NCBI GenBank assembly: GCA_044449985.1
Contig: JBIOIQ010000002.1
Span: 684-64,683, forward strand
From: Candidatus Saccharimonadia bacterium
GTDB lineage: Bacteria; Patescibacteriota; Saccharimonadia; UBA4664; JBIOIQ01
Length of the DNA: 64,000 nucleotides
Reading direction: 5' to 3'
The notes under the pieces are model-generated. The model was not told the origin of the DNA and made no database searches. It was given only the letters and a program-made list of their open reading frames with translations. Shown piece by piece: positions 46,767 to 54,779 of this stretch. Position numbers and translations under genes: made by a program. Every line of letters starts with the position of its first letter. The first letter of the stretch is position 1.

Positions 46767-47513
46767 ATGCAAACAGTATATTCACGTTCAAAAGCTGTAA
46801 TCGATCCGCTTGCATCAATCGATTCCGAAATCGTCTTCAATACTCGCTTATATATGAAATATTTCATATCGAGTGAAGTAATCCGCCGCAAGAATATAAA
46901 GCATGTGCTCGAATTATCTTGTGGAAATGGTTTTGGACTTGCAGTTTTGTCGAGTGGAGTGCATAAAATTACCGGCATTGAGCATAACACTTCTCTTCTT
47001 CAAGTTGCACATGATCGTAAACTACATAACGCTAAGCTTATTAAACTTGATCTGAACAAAAATGATTTAGCCAAATATTGGAAGGAAAAAAAGTTTGGAC
47101 GGGTTGGAGCAGTCCTAAAATTTAATTCAAGAGATTTGGATTCCAACGCAGAAGCGCAATTAAGACATTTACGAACAATGTTACCTAGAAATGGCATATT
47201 TATAACTTCTTTTCAAAACTCGAAATATACAAAATCTGAGAACGGGAGCGGTAGGAAAAATATATCAAAGGAGCTTGTTTCCATAAAAGTTTTGAAAAAC
47301 AACTTCGAACAAGCCGGATTCAAAGTTGTTTTTTATGGTCAGCCACTACTCACACTGCTGGAAACTAGGCTTAAATTTGCCATCCCCATACTCGAAAATA
47401 TAGTTTTCGCTCAGGATTCATCGTTTTCGAAGTGGGCAAGATTTATAGGGTTTAAATCTCGCTTTTTTTCAAACTTTTCAAAAGATGTCTTGGTGATTGC
47501 AGAGAAAATTTAG
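46767..47513 (+). CDS. class I SAM-dependent methyltransferase (substrate unknown)
   Basis: 248 aa with motif I VLELSCGNGFGLAVL. It is markedly AT-rich by my spot counts and is divergent from the DUF2779 gene. Confidence 0.7.
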   Translation: MQTVYSRSKAVIDPLASIDSEIVFNTRLYMKYFISSEVIRRKNIKHVLELSCGNGFGLAVLSSGVHKITGIEHNTSLLQVAHDRKLHNAKLIKLDLNKNDLAKYWKEKKFGRVGAVLKFNSRDLDSNAEAQLRHLRTMLPRNGIFITSFQNSKYTKSENGSGRKNISKELVSIKVLKNNFEQAGFKVVFYGQPLLTLLETRLKFAIPILENIVFAQDSSFSKWARFIGFKSRFFSNFSKDVLVIAEKI

Positions 47514-47528
47514 ATACTGAAGCGGTTT

Positions 47529-48077
47529 TTAAGAAATATTTAAAGATGTTGACACATGAGCACTACCGCAGGTGATCGTTACCTGGTAGCTTCCCGGTAT
47601 TGGTGATTCCCAACTCCAATTTAGATTTCCATTCGAATCGGCATATAGAGTTGTATTGCCATTCGGGGCACTGATCGTACACTTAGCATTTGGATTTGCA
47701 TGAGCGGTGACGCTAGCTGAACGAGAATTTGATGAAACAGATGTAATCGAAATTGAATTAGTTCCAGAAGTTGATATATTGGTTGATGAATCTGAAACTG
47801 AGATATTGCCACTCCCAGACATCGAAATGTCTGTATTACTGTCGGAGTTGGACGTAGAACCTCCTGTAACTTCCGGTGTTGATTTTGGGGCAGTTGAGGT
47901 AATAGTTGTTGAACTAGTACTTCTACTATCTGGGGTTGTTTCGTCGCTGATATTTTTAACAGCAGTTATTGTTTTGGGCTTAAGATCTTGATAAATAACT
48001 AATCCAAAAAGCACTAATAGCCCGACGCCGTAAAAAAGAAGTTTTGCTAAGTTATTCCTACTTATAAAAGTTACCAT
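47529..48077 (-). CDS. membrane-anchored Ser/Thr-rich protein with a small Cys-containing C-terminal domain
   Basis: 182 aa with the N-terminal TM helix LAKLLFYGVGLLVLFGLVIY, about 90 aa of S/T/N-rich low-complexity sequence with repeated NIS motifs, then a ~55-aa domain with 2 Cys. Confidence 0.6.
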   Translation of the reverse strand: MVTFISRNNLAKLLFYGVGLLVLFGLVIYQDLKPKTITAVKNISDETTPDSRSTSSTTITSTAPKSTPEVTGGSTSNSDSNTDISMSGSGNISVSDSSTNISTSGTNSISITSVSSNSRSASVTAHANPNAKCTISAPNGNTTLYADSNGNLNWSWESPIPGSYQVTITCGSAHVSTSLNIS

Positions 48078-48103
48078 TCTTAATACCCCAGGCTCTTATC
48101 ATA

Positions 48104-48709
48104 TCATGCTCGCCAATTCGGGTCCCGACCGGTAAGCGCAAAGATTCTAGCTTGGGTGTCAGCATCTTCAGGGAATTCCTGCGCGGCTTTAAAAATACCC
48201 ATTTTACGCCAGAAATCAACTTCGGGTAACACTTCAGAGTAGAAACTTTCGAGCATATCATCCGGGAGTTTTCGGTCAACCCCAATAAGCTTCGCTACAT
48301 CATAAGCTCGGAAGATTCGAAAACTTGTCGGATGGGTAATCCCAATTTTTGCAAGAAAATCACCATAGCTAAAGTGTATAATTCGATCTGGTTTGTAATT
48401 CGCATTTAAACTTTCAATTGCACGACTCGAGAGCTTTTTGTAGGCTGCGATCGGATCATCTCCAATCAAATCGCCTGCATATTGATCTCCAACTTCTTGG
48501 ATAGTTTTTCCCGCAAAAACATCAGGTATCCACGCAGTATCAAATGCATGATAATTAATAATTGTTTTCAAGGTGAGATCGTTTCGACTCTGAGTACGAC
48601 CAACTTCAAACCATTCTGGAATTTGCAAATTCCACTGGGATGGTTGTATTTGGGCAACAACTTTACAAAAACTTAACTCAGATTGAATAAAGACGTCTTT
48701 TTCGCTCAT
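48104..48709 (-). CDS. DinB-fold / MDMPI_N (TIGR03086-like) protein, paralogue 2
   Basis: 201 aa from MSEKDVFIQ... (AAGGG SD), with WIPDVFAGKTIQEVGDQYAGDLIGDDPIAAY and the C-terminal ALTGRDPNW. The track ORF is 9 codons longer. Confidence 0.72.
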   Translation of the reverse strand: MSEKDVFIQSELSFCKVVAQIQPSQWNLQIPEWFEVGRTQSRNDLTLKTIINYHAFDTAWIPDVFAGKTIQEVGDQYAGDLIGDDPIAAYKKLSSRAIESLNANYKPDRIIHFSYGDFLAKIGITHPTSFRIFRAYDVAKLIGVDRKLPDDMLESFYSEVLPEVDFWRKMGIFKAAQEFPEDADTQARIFALTGRDPNWRA

Positions 48710-48757
48710 AAACACCCTTTTATTAATGTTGGTCAAACTACTAGTTTTAGTTTAAAT

Positions 48758-48787
48758 TAAAAAATCCCCCTATGCGGGGGACTTTTT
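48758..48787 (-). terminator. rho-independent terminator immediately downstream of rpsJ
   Basis: The minus-strand RNA reads GUCCCCC-GCAUA-GGGGGAU followed by UUUUUU. An A-run on the other side makes it potentially bidirectional. Confidence 0.75.
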
Positions 48788-48795
48788 TAATAATG

Positions 48796-49119
48796 TTACA
48801 TTTTAATTTCGATGTCGACACCGGCAGGCAAATTGAGATTCATCAGAGCGTCTATAGTTTTCGGAGTAGGCTCTGTAATATCGATTAATCTCTTATGTGT
48901 GCGCATTTCAAACTGTTCACGACTATCTTTATGCACGTGAGGTCCACGAATTACGGTAAAGCCTTTCTTTTCTGTCGGTAGCGGTATCGGTCCTGCCACC
49001 AATGCTCCGGTGCGGGTAGCTGTATCGAGAATTTGTTTCGCCGACTGATCAATTACTTTACTGTCGTAGGCCTTCAGCCGGATTCGTATTCTTTGCTTCT
49101 GTTCAGTTTTTTCTACCAT
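48796..49119 (-). CDS. rpsJ: 30S ribosomal protein S10
   Basis: 107 aa with [19 protein letters not shown]. Confidence 0.96.
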   Translation of the reverse strand: MVEKTEQKQRIRIRLKAYDSKVIDQSAKQILDTATRTGALVAGPIPLPTEKKGFTVIRGPHVHKDSREQFEMRTHKRLIDITEPTPKTIDALMNLNLPAGVDIEIKM

Positions 49120-49154
49120 GGTGCTAAGGTTTTACCTTCATTTGATTAAGTTCT

Positions 49155-50345
49155 TTACTTAAGAATCTTTGTAACAACTCCGGCTCCGACAGTTCGGCCG
49201 CCTTCACGAATTGCAAACCGTAGGCCTTCTTCCATCGCAATTGGAGCGATTAAAGTAACTTTCATTTGAACGTTATCTCCAGGCATAACCATTTCCATGC
49301 CGTCTGGAATTTGAATTTCTCCTGTAACGTCAGTGGTTCTAATGTAGAACTGTGGCTTATAGCCTTTGAAGAATGGAGTATGACGTCCGCCTTCTTCTTT
49401 CTTCAAAACATAGACTTCTGATTCAAATTCAGTGTGAGGTGTAATTGAACCAGGCTTTGCGAGAACCTGTCCCCGTTCGATTTCATCTCGCTCAATGCCA
49501 CGAAGCAGTGCCCCAACGTTATCTCCGGCTTGGGCGTCAGGAAGTAGTTTTTTAAACATCTCGACACCCGTCACCACAGTTTTCTTGGTTGGGTGAATAC
49601 CAACGATTTCTATTTCATCGTTAACTGCCAATTTGCCTTGTTCAATTCGACCGGTCGCTACGGTACCACGCCCTTTAATTGAGAAAACGTCTTCTACTGG
49701 CATCAGGAATGGCTTGTCCAAATCTCGCTTGGGGTCGGGAAGATAGTCATCCATTGCTTTAACAAGTTCTAGAATTGATTTTTCAGCTTCGGCATCACCT
49801 TCGAGAGCTTTTAGTGCTGAGCCCTTAATTATAGGCGCACCATCACCATCATAGTCATTTTTATTCAACAGCTCACGGATTTCCATTTCAACAAGTTCTG
49901 CGAGTTCAGGATCTGCCATATCCATCTTGTTCATGAATACCAAGATGGAAGGGACGCCCACTTGGCGAGCAAGCAGGACATGTTCTCTGGTTTGGGGCAT
50001 TGGGCCGTCAGCCGCTGAAACTACTAAAATGGCAGCATCAACTTGAGCTGCACCGGTGATCATATTTTTGACGTAATCTGCGTGACCAGGCATATCGACA
50101 TGAGCGTAATGGCGTTTTTCACTTTCATATTCTTGATGTGAAGTCGCAATCGTAATACCACGTTGTCGTTCTTCAGGGGCATTATCAATTTGATCGTATG
50201 CAACAGGTTTATTGATACTACTCGGCAAGTGTTTTGCCAGCACGCTAGTGATTGCTGCTGTCAAAGTCGTTTTACCATGGTCGACATGACCCATGGTACC
50301 GACATTGAGATGCGGCTTATTTCGAGAAAATGTTTCTGTAGCCAT
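49155..50345 (-). CDS. tuf: elongation factor Tu
   Basis: 396 aa with [18 protein letters not shown] and NKMD. Confidence 0.98.
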   Translation of the reverse strand: MATETFSRNKPHLNVGTMGHVDHGKTTLTAAITSVLAKHLPSSINKPVAYDQIDNAPEERQRGITIATSHQEYESEKRHYAHVDMPGHADYVKNMITGAAQVDAAILVVSAADGPMPQTREHVLLARQVGVPSILVFMNKMDMADPELAELVEMEIRELLNKNDYDGDGAPIIKGSALKALEGDAEAEKSILELVKAMDDYLPDPKRDLDKPFLMPVEDVFSIKGRGTVATGRIEQGKLAVNDEIEIVGIHPTKKTVVTGVEMFKKLLPDAQAGDNVGALLRGIERDEIERGQVLAKPGSITPHTEFESEVYVLKKEEGGRHTPFFKGYKPQFYIRTTDVTGEIQIPDGMEMVMPGDNVQMKVTLIAPIAMEEGLRFAIREGGRTVGAGVVTKILK

Positions 50346-50370
50346 TTAAGCTCCTTAAATAATCATTATG

Positions 50371-50465
50371 GCGGGACTGTCACTCACGTCATCCTGAGCT
50401 TGATTCAGAATCCCTTGATATTTTGAAGGGATGTCTGAATCAAGTCCGGAATGACAGGTGGACCG
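50371..50465 (-). repeat. ~95-nt imperfect inverted repeat (long hairpin) in the tuf 5' UTR
   Basis: Hand-paired: 50412..50416 with 50426..50430 (9-nt loop), a near-continuous run from 50388..50411 to 50431..50455, and an outer GCGG/CCGC clamp. That is roughly 30 pairs including wobbles. T6 follows on the plus strand, and the SD AAGGAG of tuf follows on the minus strand. Confidence 0.7.
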
Positions 50466-50524
50466 CTTTTTTGTTATGTTGTTAAAAATGAGCAATAAAA
50501 ATAACCGCCCATTTGGACTTACCT

Positions 50525-50554
50525 ATTATATTGATATTGACCCCTACTTGTAAA
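50525..50554 (-). promoter_or_regulatory. putative tuf promoter (TTTACA-N18-TATAAT)
   Basis: The minus strand reads AAAACTCTTTACAAGTaggggtcaatatcaaTATAAT. It shares the 16-mer AAAACTCTTTACAAGT with the infA promoter. Confidence 0.5.
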
Positions 50555-50579
50555 GAGTTTTTACGTCTCTTAAAGTACT

Positions 50580-50612
50580 ATCGGCCTACTGGAATCATCC
50601 CAGCAGGCCGAT
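50580..50612 (-). terminator. 13-bp stem-loop downstream of small ORF b (weak U-tail)
   Basis: ATCGGCCTGCTGG-GATGATT-CCAGTAGGCCGAT on the minus strand. The single non-Watson-Crick position is G-U on the minus-strand RNA but A-C on the plus-strand RNA. Confidence 0.4.
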
Positions 50613-50615
50613 TAC

Positions 50616-50747
50616 TCAACTCTTTGGAGGCTTGGCAGCTTTTGTGGCTGGTTTGCCCTTTTTGGGTCGTTTCGGAGCAGCATGATCGATTGAGAAGAGC
50701 AAATGGTCGCATTGACCTTCGGGGTGCTCTTTGTCGAACGTATTCAT
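50616..50747 (-). CDS. hypothetical 43-aa protein with a Lys/Pro/Ala-rich tail (small ORF b)
   Basis: Not in the ORF track. My translation is MNTFDKEHPEGQCDHLLFSIDHAAPKRPKKGKPATKAAKPPKS. GGAG lies 12 nt upstream, and a stem-loop follows. Confidence 0.3.
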   Translation of the reverse strand: MNTFDKEHPEGQCDHLLFSIDHAAPKRPKKGKPATKAAKPPKS

Positions 50748-50763
50748 CTGTCAGGTCGTCTCC

Positions 50764-50907
50764 TTAAGCTGCCTTTTGATGTTGGGAATAACCATAACCT
50801 TGCTTGAACTCAAGGTTTGCTCTCGAAGACTCATCCAGTAGCTCGAATACACGAGAGATACCGAAACAGATCGCAAGTGCAACTACGACCAACAACAATA
50901 CTTTCAT
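50764..50907 (-). CDS. hypothetical 47-aa protein with an N-terminal hydrophobic helix (small ORF a)
   Basis: Not in the ORF track. My translation is MKVLLLVVVALAICFGISRVFELLDESSRANLEFKQGYGYSQHQKAA. AGGGGGAG lies just upstream of the ATG. Confidence 0.33.
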   Translation of the reverse strand: MKVLLLVVVALAICFGISRVFELLDESSRANLEFKQGYGYSQHQKAA

Positions 50908-51033
50908 GTCTCCCCCTATGATTTTTAGGTACGATCGGAAACCACAAAAACAAGGAATTGAATGAGTTTAGTATAACATTAACTAAAAAATGACCCAAGC
51001 CATGGGCTGTTTCTAGAAAAACGAACAAAATTC

Positions 51034-53115
51034 TTACTGACTAATGGCTTTTTTTCCGATAATTTCATCGGCCACATTTCGTGGAACTTCGTCATAGTGA
51101 TCAAACTCCATGGTAGACGAAGCTCTTCCTTGGGTCATACTGCGCAGAGTCGTAGTATATCCAAACATTTCCGAGAGTGGCACCATGGCATCGATGACCT
51201 TACCCATTCCTCGATCTGCCATTTTTTCGATTCTGCCACGTTTTGAATTTAAGTCTCCAATTACATCGCCCATAAATTCTTCGGGCATAACTACTTCGAC
51301 TTTCATGATGGGCTCGAGTAAGACTGGATCGCCCTTTCTGACGCCTTCTTGAAGAGCCATTGAACCAGCAATCTTAAACGCCATTTCACTTGAATCAACT
51401 TCGTGAAAACTGCCATCATAGAGCTTAGCTTTGACATCAACCACCGGATATCCTGCTAGCACTCCATTCTGCATGGCTTCTTTAACTCCATTTTCAACTG
51501 GGGTAATGTACTCACGAGGTACCGCGCCACCGACAATTGCATTAACAAATTCAAACCCTGCGCCTGGTTCCTGCGGCGTAAGTTCAAGCCAAACATGACC
51601 GTATTGACCCCGTCCACCTGATTGGCGAATAAATTTTCCTTCCGATTCGACAGTTTTTCGAATTGTCTCGCGATACGCAACTTGAGGCTTGCCAACATTT
51701 GCTTCTACTTTAAATTCCCGTTTCATTCGATCAACGATAATATCTAGATGTAGCTCACCCATGCCACTGATCAAGGTTTGACTCGTTTCATCGTCTGTTC
51801 GAACGCGAAATGTCGGGTCCTCTTCGGCCAGTCGTTGCAAAGCAATGCCCATTTTCTCTTGATCAGCTTTGGTTTTCGGCTCAATGGCAATTGAAATAAC
51901 CGGTTCGGGAAATGTAATCGATTCTAAAATAATCGGTTTGTCCGTATCACAAAGAGTATTACCTGTTGTCGTCGCCTTGAGACCGACCGCAGCGGCAATT
52001 TCTCCGGAAAATACTTCGGTCACTTCTTCGCGAGAATTAGCATGCATCCTAAGAATGCGTCCAATTCTTTCTTTTTCTCCAGTACTTGAGTTCAGAACGT
52101 ATGAGCCTGATTTTAAAGTCCCTGAATAGACTCTAAAAAATGCTAATTTTCCGACAAACGGATCAGCAGCAATTTTAAAAGCCAACGCGGCAAATGGTTC
52201 TGCGTCGTTGGCGTGACGCTCGATTTCTTCACCTGACTTTGGATCAATTCCCTTTATGCTGGGAATATCCAAAGGACTAGGCAAGTAGGCGTTTACGGCA
52301 TCAAGTAATTGCTGGACCCCTTTATTCTTTAAGGCAGAGCCGCATAATACTGGATAAATTTGACTTGAGATAACTGCTCTGCGGAGGGCATGTACAAGTT
52401 CTTCTTCCGATATTTCTTCAGCCATTAGAAACTTTTCTGTAAGAACTTCATCTGTTTCGGCAATTCGCTCTACCATAGTGTCATGAAACTCTTGAGCTTT
52501 TTGCTTCATGTCGTCTGGGATAGCAATAGTTTCAAAAACTTTACCGAGATCATCTTTAAATAAAATGGCATCCATTTTAATTAAATCGATTATTCCAGCA
52601 AAGCTATCTTCGGCGCCGATAGGTAGCTGAATAGCCACGGCATTCTTGTTAAGCCGATCCCAAATACTTTGAAGATCTTTATAATAATCTGCTCCCGTTC
52701 GATCCATTTTATTTACAAAGCAGATCCTGGGAACTTCATATTTGTCGGCTTGACGCCATACCGTTTCGGATTGAGGCTCAACCCCAGCTACTCCATCAAA
52801 AACTGTCACACCGCCGTCAAGTACGCGCAGGCTTCGTTCGACTTCCACGGTAAAATCAACGTGCCCAGGTGTGTCAATGATGTTTATACGATGATCTTTC
52901 CAAAAACATGTGGTAGCAGCAGATGTAATAGTGATGCCACGTTCTTGTTCTTGTTCCATCCAATCCATGGTTGCTTCACCCTCGTGCACTTCACCGATTT
53001 TATGGGTTTTGCCGGTATAAAATAAAATTCGTTCGGTGACAGTTGTTTTACCTGCATCGATATGAGCAATGATTCCGATATTGCGTGTTTGTTCGAGGGA
53101 GTACTCGCGAGCCAT
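51034..53115 (-). CDS. fusA: elongation factor G
   Basis: 693 aa with [17 protein letters not shown] and NKMD. Confidence 0.98.
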   Translation of the reverse strand: MAREYSLEQTRNIGIIAHIDAGKTTVTERILFYTGKTHKIGEVHEGEATMDWMEQEQERGITITSAATTCFWKDHRINIIDTPGHVDFTVEVERSLRVLDGGVTVFDGVAGVEPQSETVWRQADKYEVPRICFVNKMDRTGADYYKDLQSIWDRLNKNAVAIQLPIGAEDSFAGIIDLIKMDAILFKDDLGKVFETIAIPDDMKQKAQEFHDTMVERIAETDEVLTEKFLMAEEISEEELVHALRRAVISSQIYPVLCGSALKNKGVQQLLDAVNAYLPSPLDIPSIKGIDPKSGEEIERHANDAEPFAALAFKIAADPFVGKLAFFRVYSGTLKSGSYVLNSSTGEKERIGRILRMHANSREEVTEVFSGEIAAAVGLKATTTGNTLCDTDKPIILESITFPEPVISIAIEPKTKADQEKMGIALQRLAEEDPTFRVRTDDETSQTLISGMGELHLDIIVDRMKREFKVEANVGKPQVAYRETIRKTVESEGKFIRQSGGRGQYGHVWLELTPQEPGAGFEFVNAIVGGAVPREYITPVENGVKEAMQNGVLAGYPVVDVKAKLYDGSFHEVDSSEMAFKIAGSMALQEGVRKGDPVLLEPIMKVEVVMPEEFMGDVIGDLNSKRGRIEKMADRGMGKVIDAMVPLSEMFGYTTTLRSMTQGRASSTMEFDHYDEVPRNVADEIIGKKAISQ

Positions 53116-53149
53116 ATTATCCTTAGCTGATTTATTTAAATAATACTAA

Positions 53150-53175
53150 CCAAAAATATGCGCATAACTGCGCAT
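53150..53175 (-). terminator. rho-independent terminator downstream of the DUF296 gene
   Basis: The minus-strand RNA reads AUGCGCA-GUUA-UGCGCAU followed by AUUUUU. Confidence 0.6.
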
Positions 53176-53214
53176 TTACTGTAATTTTAACTATTTAACT
53201 TGCTTTTTACAAGC

Positions 53215-53646
53215 CTAGTTTGCTGAAATGTCCCAAACTTTTAAGCCAATTTCATCATCAAAAACTTTATCTAGCGTTGAATTTATCCTGGTAATAACAA
53301 GCTCGAGCGTGGCAGAGCAAGTTCCGGACACTAGATGCCCGGCTTTGACTTCAAGTTTATCGTCAGCAACTACCGTATGCAGGTGAACTTTTATGATTTT
53401 ATCTTGTAAAAATACATTGCCAAGCAGTGAAACTACTTCGTATATCCCTTGGAGTTTCGTTTCACTGAACTTGCGGCTAATCTTACTGTAATGGGCCAAC
53501 GTAGGATTACTGACAGATCCTATACCAGATATTTCGCCGTTTTCGATATTATTTCTTTTACAAGCATCTTGAATCTCACTCATAATATCGTCGCCCGATT
53601 CAAGCTTTACTATGAGGTGATCTTGGTCAATGTTTGAGAATTTCAC
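53215..53646 (-). CDS. PPC/DUF296 domain protein (predicted DNA-binding fold)
   Basis: 143 aa with a GTG start. The pattern LESGDDIMSEIQDACKRNNIENGEISGIGSV...LLGNV...HLH is typical of DUF296. Confidence 0.72.
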   Translation of the reverse strand: MKFSNIDQDHLIVKLESGDDIMSEIQDACKRNNIENGEISGIGSVSNPTLAHYSKISRKFSETKLQGIYEVVSLLGNVFLQDKIIKVHLHTVVADDKLEVKAGHLVSGTCSATLELVITRINSTLDKVFDDEIGLKVWDISAN

Positions 53647-53764
53647 TTGGTAGTTTGTTAGTTAAGTACAGCTTGAGCGTTTCTACCTAAAGTTGCAATA
53701 CTTTAGATGCTCTTAAAAAGTGTGTTTGTAAGTTATATTTTAAATCTAAAGCTAAAAAATAGGC

Positions 53765-54241
53765 TCAGTAGCGAGCAAAATGAGCAAAGGCTTTATTTGC
53801 CTCAGCCATTTTATGAGTATCTTCACGCTTTTTAATAGCGTCACCGGTATTATTGAATGCATTCATAAACTCGTCGGCTAAACGTGCGTCGAATGATTTG
53901 CCTGATTTCGTGCGTGCAGCAGCTAAAATCCACATCATCGCCAGATGAATTTTTCGATCTCCTCGAACCTCTACCGGGACTTGATAGGTAGCTCCTCCGA
54001 TTCGTTTTGCTTTCACCTGGACTTGAGGGGCAACATTTTTAATAGCTGCATCAAATACTTCCATGGCAGGAAGCTTCATCTTGGTTTCAACGCTATCTAG
54101 AGCTTTATACACCATTGATTCGGCGAGACGCTTCTTCCCACCTCGCATGACCTTGTTGATAAGCTTAGATACCATAACGTTATTATATTTGACGTCAGGT
54201 TCTAGTACGCGTTTAAATGACTTGGTTTTTTTACGTGGCAT
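53765..54241 (-). CDS. rpsG: 30S ribosomal protein S7
   Basis: 158 aa with MPRKKTKSFKRVLEPD...AFAHFRY-type end. Confidence 0.96.
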   Translation of the reverse strand: MPRKKTKSFKRVLEPDVKYNNVMVSKLINKVMRGGKKRLAESMVYKALDSVETKMKLPAMEVFDAAIKNVAPQVQVKAKRIGGATYQVPVEVRGDRKIHLAMMWILAAARTKSGKSFDARLADEFMNAFNNTGDAIKKREDTHKMAEANKAFAHFARY

Positions 54242-54315
54242 TTTGCTCTTCTCCTTTAGGATACTCCCGTGTATTTCGAATAAGTATCGAACGGGTGCCG
54301 TATTATGCTATCTAA

Positions 54316-54729
54316 TTATGATTTAGGCTTCTTTGCACCATATTTACTTCGACCCTGGGCACGCTTGGCAACGCCTGCGGTATCAAGAGCACCACGAACT
54401 ATATGATAGCGAACCCCAGGTAAGTCCTTCACTCTACCGCCTCGTATTAAGACCACGGAGTGTTCCTGTAAGTTATGTCCAATTCCGGGAATATACGCCG
54501 TAACTTCCATACCATTCGTGAGTCTAACTCGAGCAATTTTTCTGAGCGCCGAGTTTGGCTTCTTTGGAGTTGTCGTACTAACTTTCGTACACACACCACG
54601 TTTAAGAGGGGACGGTGCAGCATAACTGTTACTTTTAAGCGAGTTAAGTACTCGATTTAAAGCAGGGGTCGTAGATTTACGCTTCTTATCGTGGCGAGGC
54701 TTTCGAATTAGCTGATTGATTGTTGGCAT
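54316..54729 (-). CDS. rpsL: 30S ribosomal protein S12
   Basis: 137 aa with [12 protein letters not shown] and [10 protein letters not shown]. Confidence 0.97.
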   Translation of the reverse strand: MPTINQLIRKPRHDKKRKSTTPALNRVLNSLKSNSYAAPSPLKRGVCTKVSTTTPKKPNSALRKIARVRLTNGMEVTAYIPGIGHNLQEHSVVLIRGGRVKDLPGVRYHIVRGALDTAGVAKRAQGRSKYGAKKPKS

Positions 54730-54779
54730 GTATTCTCTTTAAATTCTGGCAAAGTGATTATTTTTGCACTGTTGGTTAG

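Noticed and set aside
38441-48795. Calling the rpsJ-rplC insertion a mobile element or genomic island.
   Set aside because: I found no integrase, transposase, recombinase, tRNA attachment site, or terminal direct or inverted repeats. Several of its genes (rarA, dus, queA) are housekeeping genes.
50513-50767. An 84-aa plus-strand ORF in the fusA-tuf spacer.
   Set aside because: It has no RBS or promoter and an implausible composition. The minus strand at the same place has RBS-preceded small ORFs, and its stem-loop pairs better as minus-strand RNA. Neither reading is proven.
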